Origin: Azolla caroliniana
Lineage: Eukaryota > Plantae > Polypodiophyta
DNA length: 64,000 bases
Direction of reading: 5' to 3'
Assembly (NCBI GenBank): GCA_043228905.1
Contig: JBHGNT010000012.1
Location: 14,446,001 to 14,510,000, forward strand
Position numbers and translations under genes: made by a program. The notes under the pieces were generated by a model. The model was given only the letters and a program-made list of their open reading frames with translations. It was not told the DNA's origin and did no database searches. The stretch's first letter is position 1. The number at the start of each line of letters is the position of its first letter. Below, one piece after another: positions 25,331-36,066 of the stretch.

Positions 25331-26254
25331 CAAGCATAGATAAAAGATAGAGACAATGTATGATTCAAGAAAGAAGATTGAGACAAAGTATGATTCAAGG
25401 AACAAGAGTATATGATATAAACATGATGTATATTAAAAATATAATATTTTACCAACTTTACAATCCTTGACCGCAAGATGAATCTTTTCAATATCGACCC
25501 TTGATTTGAACCCACGACTTCCACTTTGAAACGCAAGGCTCTTCACCAAATAAGATATCTTCAATACTTACTTAAATTCTTTTCTCCCACTTTCTCTTTT
25601 TGATTGATCCCCTTTTGTTTTCCTTTCCCCTCTTTTTATAAGTATTTCCATGCATATGGTAATGACATGCATGTAATGCATGAGTTACATCTAATGCATG
25701 ATCACCATTTGGCGCACATGCATTGCATGTGATGCATGATAGCCATCATCCTCATTTGAGCTCCCATGTATTGGGATAAGTATAATGATGGATATAACCC
25801 TAAAACAAATAACCTAGCTTAGTGGTGTATGGTTTGTGCTTGATATACAAGGTTGAGGATTCAAGTCCCTCAATTTTACTTAATACAATATTTAAGTTTA
25901 TTCTTATATAGTGAAGCACATTCTTGACGACATTTCTAAAAACAAATAGCCTACCCTAGTGGTATATACATTGTGCTTGGTTTATAAGGTTGTGGGTTCA
26001 AGTGTTTGAAATATTACTGAATTCAATATTTAAATTTATTTTTATATCGTGAAGCAAATCCTTCACGACACCGTATGACATTCTTGTATATATAGTGAAG
26101 CACATTCCTGACGACATTTCTAAAAACAAATAGCCTACCCTAGTGGTATATACATTGTGCTTGGTTTATAAGGTTGTGGGTTCAAGTGTTTGAAATATTA
26201 CTGAATTCAATATTTAAATTTATTTTTATATCGTGAAGCAAATCCTTCACGACA
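25163..26254 (-). mobile_element. Solo LTR with 4-bp TSD (CCGT), duplicated U3 terminus and tRNA-like cassettes
   Basis: TGTCG...CGACA termini. CCGT at 25159-25162 and 26255-26258. TATAAAAA on - strand near 25635. CATG-rich core. Interrupts Copia A RT. Confidence 0.85.
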
Positions 26255-26324
26255 CCGTATGACATATGCAAGGTTGGATCGGGTCACCACCATTACGTAC
26301 ATGATACTTCCTACTGCCAATGCA

Positions 26325-29300
26325 CGTTGCATGTAGTACGTTTATACGGAAGTGTTTGTTCGAATCTTACAGTTGTGTACAACAAACAACATATGCACAT
26401 AAGATCGGGAAGGCAAAGAGATAGACTTACACAGATACAACTTTAATGGAAAGCTTCTTATTTTCTGCAGAACTCGTTTCTCTATTAGAGATTACAATGC
26501 TCTTCTCTTCGTCTCTATCATTACAACATTAAGTATTCACTTATATACTAAGCCCTAACTTAGTAGTGAGTTCACACTCGGACGGATACAAAGTAGAAGG
26601 ATTCGGCCTTTTATGCCAACAAACTCCCTCGTAAAAGGACTACTCTTTTAACATATACAAATGTTTTTGGGGTTATCTCCGCCGTAAACCTAGATTACAA
26701 ATTTAACTAGATTTAATATTTACAAGTCTGTTGACGTGCAGCCGAGTCGGCAAAGGTATAGTATGATTGTCGATCAGTTCTTACCTTCTGCTCCTCGTTC
26801 GGCTTTCTTCTGCTCGGTCGCTTGTGGTAGCCCCATCTTCGTCCTTAGTGCTCTGAAGCGTTGATCTGGGAGTGGCTTCGTCAGGCAATCAGCGATGTTC
26901 ACCTCGGTGTCGATCTTCCAGACTTCGAGTTTCTTCTCTGTATGAGCTCCCGAATATGATGATACCGCACCTCAATGTGCTTCGTCTTCGCACAATAGAC
27001 GGGATTGTTGATGAGGTGTATTGCGCTCTATGAGTCGCAATAGATGGTCGGTGTTGGTGGGTCAGTTCGGCCTTTGGTTCCAAAATTTGCAGATAGACGG
27101 TGCAACCAGATCACTTCCTTCACTGCCTCCGATGCTGCTATGTACTCGACTTCTGTGGTAGACAGAGTTGTGCACTCTTGAAGTTTCAACCTCCATGATA
27201 TCGCACCGCCACCATAGGTGAAGATGTAGCCTTATGTCGATTTCCGATTGTCTGTATTACCAGCGTAGTCAGAATTGGTGTAGCCTTCGACTTCGGTTGA
27301 GGTTGTCAATCCGAAAGTCAACTATGCATCCGAGGTTCCTTTCATATACCTATGGATGTGCTTGACGGCCTCCCAATGCTTCTTTCCTGGGTTTGACATG
27401 TATCGGCTAACCACCCCTACGACATAGTCTAGGTCGGGTCAGGTTGCCACCATTGCGTACATGATACTTCCTACTACCGATGCGTAAGGTATCTTTCCAT
27501 TAAGCTCTCTCTCCTTGTCTATTGTAGGAGAGTCTTTGTCCGATAGTCTGATCGACATCGAAAGTGGTGTTAGTGTTGGCTTCGCATTCTCCATGTTGAA
27601 GCGCTTCAACACTTTGCGGATATAGTCGGACTAGGAGAGTCAGAGTGTCCTAGTCTTCCGATTTCACTCTATCCTCATGCCCAGTATGTGTCGGGCTTGT
27701 CCCAATTCCTTCATCACGAACTTTGCGTGAAGGCTCCGCTTGAGCTTGCCAATCTCTGCTTGATTGCTCCTTGCAATCAGCATTCGTCGACGTAAACGAT
27801 CAGATAGATCCTGGACTCGTCGGTTAGTTGCCAAACGTACATGCATGGGTTAGAGTCTGATCTTTTGTATCCAAGCTACCTTATGTAGGAATCAAATTTT
27901 TGGTACCACATTCTAGGCCCTTGTTTGAGGCCATATAGACATTTCTTTAGTTTGCATACGAGGTGACTGTCTTCCCCCGACATCAGCCGATCAAGTCTAG
28001 CTTGAAATATATGCCCAAACCGGCCATGCCATAGGTTCGGGCCGGTTTTTTTGGCTACGTTCACGGCCCCTTCAGGGTTGATCGCTATCAATGGGTACAG
28101 GTTGTTGTACTTGTACCCGCTCCCAATTTTGAGGTTTCCTCTGCTGATCACCATGTTGACTCGTGTAGAGTCGTTTTGTACCCGTCTTCGGCTAACGTGA
28201 ATATGCGGAATAATCCTCGACCACAACCGAGTCTTCGAATCAACCACACAGAAATTGGGAATAGGAAGTAAGTACACAAAGTCACATAAACAGAAAACAA
28301 GAGAAAGTGCACAGGATGTTTGTGTGGAAAACCCTGAATGGGAAAAACCACGAGAGTCCACAAACTCCAGACTATCACTATGTAACAAGAATACAATGGA
28401 GAGTCACAAAGGCAACGACCTCGTGCTCACAATCTTCGCCTGGCGGCAGTTACAATAGAGACTCTTAGAGGTCTCTCTCTCACTCACTCACTCTCTCTTT
28501 ATATCTTTGTACAACAGTTACAACATACAACAATGATGGCAACTAACTAAAGTGTTGCCCTAGGTCATATTTATACTAATATGACTTTAGGACTATTTAC
28601 AAATATAGCCCCAATGGGCTCTCAGAAACATATTTACATATATGTCCCTTCATCCGGTGAGGGATTCTCACCGGGCCTGCACCATCCGGTTCTCACCGGG
28701 TCTTCCTTGTCGGGTACTCATCATATCCCATCCAGAGGGACCGAAATCCTAACAAACTCCCCCTTCACTCCGGCATGGGATGCCTTGTCAATCCGATCCG
28801 CTTCCGACATGCATCCAGCTTGTCAGGTGTCAACACTTTGGTCGGCATATCCGACCCGTTCTCCTCCGTGTGGATCTTCGCTAGCACGAACTCGCGATCT
28901 TCCACTCGCTCTCGGATCTAGTGGTACCTCCGCTGGATGTGCTTCGTCCTGGAGTGGTATGTTGCGTTCTTTGCAAGGTGGATGGCACTTTGACTGTCGC
29001 AGTAGAGCCGATATTCCTCTTACGGGATCCCTAGCTCTCCGATGAAGTTCTTCATCCATAGTATTTCCTTGCCGGCTTCCACCACTGCTATCTACGCCAC
29101 TTCTGTGGTTGACAACGCAACCGTCTTATGTAGCCTCGACTTCCACGAAATTGCTCCCCCTACATAGGTCATGACATAACCGGATGTTGATGGGCTGGTC
29201 TCTGCATTAACCGACATGTCCGGATTCTGTGTCCTTGAGCTTCGGTAACCGGCGCCTCCATTTGTTTCGAATCTGAATCCGATTCGGGGTCTTGGCCGGT

Positions 29301-32300
29301 TCCGGTTTTTGTTTCTTTTTCTTCTTCTACCGGTTCGGTGTCCTCACCGTAACCGGCCGGTTCTTCGAGTGTTAACCGACTCCTTGCCGGTTGGAATTGC
29401 ATCTCACCGAATTTATCCTTACCAGTCGACTTGGAGTTCATTATCTTCTTCTCTGACTCCAAGTCGGCAAGGGTCTTGTCCTCCATGAAGATAATATCTC
29501 AACTTCGGAAAACCTTCTTGTCGACTGGATCCCACACTCGGTAGCCAAACTCATCATCGTTGTATCCGAGGAATATGCATGGCTGGGTCTTTGGATCCAA
29601 CTTTCCTCTCCGGTCCTTTGCAACATGCATGTAAGCGAGACACCCGAACACTTTCAGATGCCGGTAAGACACTTCCTTACCGGTTCACACTCTCTACGGT
29701 GTGTCTCCATTCAAGGGCATTGAGGGTGATATGTTTATCACATACGTCGTTGTTGACAACGCCTCAACCCAAAACGTCTTGGGTAACTTGGCATGTGCCA
29801 GCATACTCCGGACCCTCTCCATTATGGTCTGGTTCATCCTCTCGGCCAACCCATTGAGTTCTAGCGTCTTCGGCATGGTAAATTCGAGTCGGATTCCCCT
29901 CGAACGACAGTACTCCTCGAACTGCCCCCGGTATTCTCCGCCATTATCTACTCGAACCGCTTCAGCTTCCAGCCGGTTTCTCTTTCCACTCTCGCGTGGA
30001 GCTCCCTGAAGACGGATAACACCTGATCCTTCGTCTTCAGCGGTGTGGCCCACAATTTTCGGTTGTGGTCGTCTATGAATGTCACAAAGTACTGTGATCC
30101 AACATGTGACTTCATGTCCACTTGACACACATCAGTATGCACCAGCTCCAGTGGTGCATTACGTCTCATCGACTGCCTTGATCGGAAGGAGGTCCGGTTT
30201 TGCTTACCAGCCAGGCAATCGGTACACCTCTCAAGATGTACATCCTTCACCGAAATGAGGTTGTCATCGGCAAGCCTCTTCATCCCCTTCTCGCTCATGT
30301 GACAAAATCGCTTGTGCCACAGCTCACCGGCAGTGTCAAATGCCACATTCACTTCTTCCGGGCATTCATCAGGTACAATGTGTTAGACTTTCCGGGCCCG
30401 AGCCACTATTAGGCTCCCCTTGTTGAACTTCATGACTCCGTTCCGGATGTTACCTGCGTAACCTTCATCATCTAGCCGACCGACTGATATCAAGTTCAGT
30501 TGAACCTTCGGAACATGTCATACATCCTTCAGCAACAACTTGCATCTGGCTCCTATGCCGACAATTCGGCATGTACCTTCATTCCCCATCTAGACACAAC
30601 CGTGCTCACCTGCTGTGTAGGATGAGAAGCATTTCCGGTCCAGGGTCAGATGGAACGACGCCCCAGAATCGACAACCCACGTTGTCTCGTCGCTGGCAAG
30701 ATTCATCTCACTCTCCTCGGTGATGAGCATCAACTCTTCTTCACTTGCCGCAACCGCCGTCGTTCCCTTCCGGTCCGCCCCCCTTCGATCTTTGTGGTTC
30801 TGGTCTGGTGACCGCTTCAAATCGGTACTGTCGATTTCCTTGTCTTTCTGGAAATGCCGACAGTTCTTCTGGAAGTGCCCCGGCTTCCCACAGTAGAAGC
30901 AAGTATGCCTCCCTCTTGACTTCGACCGTGTCCCCGACTTTTCCCGGTTCTAGGGACTGTGGTTCCTTTGTCTTCCTCATTCCGATTCAGTAAAGAGCAA
31001 TTTGGAGTCAGAGCTCGTATCCTTGTCTTTTCGACGTGCCTCCTCATCTAGCAAACTCGACTTGACTCTTGCTAGGGATAACTATTTTCCTTCAGGTCCG
31101 GCGTTGCCCAACGTGACAACCAACGTTTCCCAGCTATCCAGAAGGGAACCGAGCAGGAGTAATGCTAGTACCTCATCGGCAAGAGGTACTTCCAACGACG
31201 TGGCTTGGTTTATCAGCCCCTGGAAGGTATTCATGTGCTCCGCCATACTGGAGCCATCTTGGTACCGGAGCCGCACTAGCTTCCAGAATACCGAAACCCG
31301 ATTAACGACATTCTTGTTCTGGAACATAATGCCAATCTTCTCCCAGAGCTCATGAGCCTTGTTCTCCTCATTGAAGTTGTTGTACAAGCTGATGTCGATG
31401 AAGCACCGTATGTACATCGTTGTCTTCATGTGCATCACCTCCCATATCGTGGCATCGATCTTGTTCGGTCTTGCGTCCCCAAATTACACCGGCAACCAAA
31501 GATCTTTAACCACGAGCATGTCCCTCATCTTCGACTTCCACACTGAGTAGTTGGAGCTGGTGAGCTTGAACATGCCGCCAAACGAATCTTCCATTTTCTA
31601 TGTCGTTTCACACTGATACCAGATTGACACGAATATGCGGAATAATCCTCGGCCACAATCGAGTCTTCGAATCAACCACACAAAAACTGGGAATAGGAAG
31701 TAAGTACACAAAGTCACACAAATAGAAAACAAGAGAAAGTGCACATGATGTTTGCGTGGAAAACCCTGAATGGGAAAAACCACGAGAGTCCACAAACTCC
31801 AAACTATCACTATGTAACAAGAATACAATGGAGAGTCACAAAGGCAATGACCTCGTGCTCACAATCTTCGCCTGGCGGTGGTTACAATAAAGACTCTTAG
31901 AGGTCTCTCTCTCTCTCACTCACTCTCTCTTTATATCTTTGTACAACAGTTACAACATATAACAATGATGGCAACTAACTAAAGTGTTTGCCCTAGGTCA
32001 TATTTATACTAATATGACTTTAGGACTATTTACAAATATAGCCCCAATGGGCTCTCAGAAACATATTTACATATATGTCCCTTCATCCGGTGAGGGATTC
32101 TCACCGGGCCTGCACCATCCGGTTCTCACCGGGTCTTCCTTGCCGGGTACTCATCATATCCCATCCGAAGGGACCGAAATCCTAACATCGACTAACATGC
32201 CGATGGAGACCAGACTCCTCTTTAGATCAGGTACATGCCAAACTTGGTGCAGGGTTATTAAGTTGTCATTCGGCAATTTGATAGGAACTTCTCCGGTTCC

Positions 32301-33772
32301 AACAATGTTGCACTCCTGCCCATTTCCTAGTCGGACCGTGCCGCTAGCATCGGTTGAGTAGTCCGAAAACCACTCTTTGTTGGGGGTTATGTGGAATGTA
32401 GCACCAAAGTCTAGTAGCCACGTATGTGCAACTTGTGCACTATAGAGGACTTCTACGATCATCGAGTCCTCTAGGGAGAGGATTTCTCCGGATCAGGTGT
32501 CGGTAACATTGATTTGGTTTCCGACAGGATAGTGGTCCGAGTCGGAACGTTCCCTATTCTGCTCGGATCGCTGACCACTCTCTTTTTTCTTTTTCGACCA
32601 ACAATCGGAAACATTGTGGCCAACTTTCCTGCAGTGTGTGCAATACTCGCTTGTTCGGGCCGTTTTCGACTTCGACCGTTGTTGGTCCCCTCTCGTTCTT
32701 GATCGACTATATTGTCAACCAGTTCTGTCGACTTGTTCTTTCGGTCGAACGAGTCGGTCAAGTGGTGGGCTTCTGCCGACTCATCGATGGTCATTCCCAT
32801 TGATTTTCGCTTGATGTCCTCTGTGAGGACTTAGCCAATTGTTTCGTCCAGGTTCAAGATTGGTCGGCTATTGGCGTATGTCATGCAGAATACCTCCCAA
32901 CTCGTCAGCAAGCTTGATAGGAGGGCAAGGGCTTTTACTTCTTCTTCGAAGTTGATCCCTTGGGATGAGAGCTCTAACAACACCCGGCTGAAGGTGTTGA
33001 TGTGGGAGGTCGTCGGATCGGTCTCTTTCATATTCATGTTGAACAATTGTTTGATTAATATCAGTTTCGAAGATGAGGACTTCTTCTCGTAGACGTCTTG
33101 TAACTTCTCCCACAATGAGAACGTGATCTTCTCTTTTGCCATGTTGAAATAGAAGTTTTCAACCAGATGCATTCGAATGGTGGATCTTGCTATCTTGTCC
33201 AATGACCTCCACTCTTCTGCTTTCATTGAGTCAAGCTTTTCGTTGTGCCGAATGGTCTTGACTTGTCTTCTAATGATCAACACATCCTACATCATCTCTT
33301 TCCACAGGGCAAAATTTTTGCCATCAAATTTTCTGATTTCAACTCCTATTCCAGATGTTGAAGTCACATTCTTTCTGTGTGTTTGAGATTTCTGACCTGG
33401 TCTTTTCATTCAGCTTCTTCTTGTTGTTGTTGTTGTTTGTTGACGTCGCACAACAATATCGACTCTGATACCATTTGTTGCGTGTAGTACGTTTATGCGG
33501 AAGTGTTTGTTCGGATCTTACGACTGTGTATAGCAAACAACATATGCACAGAAGATAGGGAAGGCAAAGAGATAGCCTTACACAGATACAACTTTAATGG
33601 AAAGCTTCTTATTTTCTGCATAACACGTTTCTCTATCAGAGATTACAATGCTCTTCTCTTTGTCTCTATCATTACAACGTTAAGTATTCGCTTATATACT
33701 AAGCCCTAACTTAGTAGCGAGTTCACACTCGGATGGATACAAAGTGGAAGGAGTCGACCTTTTCTGCCAACA
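26325..33772 (-). mobile_element. Ty1/Copia element B1 with both LTRs; integrase deleted; contains nested Copia C
   Basis: 297-bp LTRs at 26325-26621 and 33476-33772. Perfect TSD ATGCA. PBS TGGTATCAGAG and PPT GAGGGAGTT. Decayed gag, protease (WLLDFGA), RT and RNase H. Confidence 0.95.
28193..32187 (-). mobile_element. Ty1/Copia element C nested in B1; RT largely deleted
   Basis: ~562-bp LTRs at 28193-28754 and 31625-32187. TSD TCGGC/TCGAC. PBS TGGTATCAG and PPT AGGGGGAG. Gag, WVVDSGAS and integrase DNGGEY; jumps to RNase H near 29220. Confidence 0.95.
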
Positions 33773-34289
33773 ATGCATAGGGTATCTTTTCATTAAGCTC
33801 TCTCTCCTTGTCGATCGAAGGAGAGTCCTTGTCGGTTAGTTGTGTTGACGTACAGAGCTGAGTCGGTGCCAGCTTAGCATTGTCCACGTTGAACCTTCTA
33901 AGCACCTTTCGTATATAATTGAATTGGGAGAGCCGAAAAGTCTTCGTCATCTGATTTCTCTCAATCCTCGTTGTCGTGATGTTGCACGTCCAACGAGAGA
34001 AGTAGCGAGTTCACACTCGGATGGATACAAAGTGGAAGGAGTCGACCTTTTCTGCCAACAATGCATAGGGTATCTTTTCATTAAGCTCTCTCTCCTTGTC
34101 GATCGAAGGAGAGTCCTTGTCGGTTAGTTGTGTTGACGTACAGAGCTGAGTCGGTGCCGGCTTAGCATTGTCCACGTTGAACCTTCTAAGCACCTTTCGT
34201 ATATAATTGAATTGGGAGAGCCGAAGAGTCTTCGTCATCTGATTTCTCTCAATCCTCGTTGTCGTGATGTTGCACGTCCAACGGGAGAA
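33713..34289. repeat. Near-identical 288-bp tandem duplication spanning two TE junctions
   Basis: 33713-34000 is repeated at 34001-34289. The unit contains the B1 LTR end, Copia A RT and the first ~30 bp of the solo LTR. Confidence 0.93.
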
Positions 34290-35000
34290 AAAGTGTGATT
34301 CCACACACATTACACAAACGATTATAAATATGAAAATTATCCTAGTAGGGTCTAGTAGCAATTCAATAGATACAAAGGGGTGAAAGTGAAGTTTGAACAT
34401 TGCACCTTTAGCATAGAAGACATTTGGCTTACCACTACGATTACTATCATGTACTTCAAATTTGATATGTTTTGTTTTCATATTCAATTTACACGCAAAA
34501 CAACCATATGAAAGACCGAAGAGAGAGGGCCAAAGGCTGGGTTCCCGTAGGGCGGGAACTCTAGCAACCAACTCCATGTGCATTGGTTTTTTTCATGTTA
34601 CAAAGCAAAACCATGTGCATAGACACCATGGCCCCAAACCCATGGTTTTGTGCATGGACTAACCTAGAAAACCCTACTAGGGTTGTGTAAGGGTAGGGCT
34701 CAATATGTGATATCACCATCATCATCACCATCAATATAAAATTCTTCTCATAATTATACTTCTTATTGTTGTTCTTCTTCTTTTATCTTCCATCAATATT
34801 ATTATACTTCTTATTGTTCTTCTTATAATCTTCAATCTTTCAATCTTGTCAAGTGTAACAATGTTTCCTTGACTCGAAAATTGACATTGTCCTCTTTTCG
34901 ATAACTTGGCAAACATCCTCATTGGCGCAAATGTTCTCCCCGGTCCAAGACCCCAGTGGTCCTGCTCAAGTAGCACATGCACCCGAGCATTTTCGTGACA
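34260..35000. mobile_element. Solo-LTR-like insertion with 4-bp TSD (TCGT)
   Basis: TGTCGTGA...CGTGACA termini. TCGT at 34256-34259 and 35001-35004. Removing it restores the Copia A RT (ILGT-RIERN). CATG-rich core. Confidence 0.8.
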
Positions 35001-36066
35001 TCGTGCCCAAGATATGTCGGGCTTGTTTGAGTTCCTTCATCGAGAATTTATTGTGAAGGCTCCACTTTAGTCTTCCAATTTCGGCTTGATTTCTCCCTAC
35101 AATCAACATATCATCGACATAGTCGAGGTCCGGTTGGTAAAACTTCGTTCGCCTAACTTGTTTGAATCTCCTAGGTGACAATTTTTTCGGTTCGGATCCT
35201 TCGATCAGCACGATTGACCAATCAACAGGACTTGAACCATCTTTAGGAGTCTGTCTAGATGATCCGCTCCTACAATTGGAGTGCGTTGTTTTTGGATCAT
35301 CCTCCCCTTCTTCGGGATTGATTGACAGAGGGATTGGTTCCTTGGTTGTTTCGACTCAACCTTTCGTGACTTAGACAATTTGGGCGAGTTGGTCGATTCA
35401 ACTTTGTCCTTTTGGCTCTTGTCGATTTTTTAGTCCAATAAATTTCGACTATTGGACCTCTTGTCGTTCTGGATTCAGCAAGATGGTGGCTGGTTTGGTC
35501 ATCTTCGACTATTTGTCGAATTGCCAATTTAGCCCGGTCAGTCGGTCCTTCTATGACCAATCTATCAAGGTCAAATGAGAATTTTTTACAGATTTTCTTA
35601 GGCTAGGTCGGGTTGGAGAGTATTGAGTCTTCATTGAAGACTAGGTCGCTACTTCGGAACAATGTTCACTTCTCCGAATCCCATAGGCAATAATTGAAGT
35701 CTCCATCGGTTCCATAATCGAGAAATATACACTAAAGTGCATGGGATGCAAACTTGACCCTTTTATATCGGGGAATGAAGGTGTAGGCTTCACATCCGAA
35801 TATATGGATTCTATTGTAAGTCGGCTTGCATGTGCCACTTTGAGCTGCACTATTCTCAACGGTGATAGCTTTATCAAGTAGGCAACCATCTGTAGTGCCT
35901 TAGCCCAGAATTCTAGCTTGAGACCGGATTGTTGGAGCATTTCCATCACCCTCTCTTGGATTGTATGGTTGATCGATGCCATTTTGCATGGGAGTATATG
36001 GGACGATCGTTTGGTGCCAAATCCCTTTGTCAGACAAGTACTGTTTGAAGGCTCAGGAGGCTTATT

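Noticed and set aside
21785-26190. Functional tRNA genes
   Set aside because: The tRNA-like segments have broken D and anticodon stems and lie inside LTRs, so they are reported as derived cassettes only.
34011-34583. 190-aa ORF
   Set aside because: Chimeric read-through across the solo LTR, Copia RT and the duplicated LTR end.
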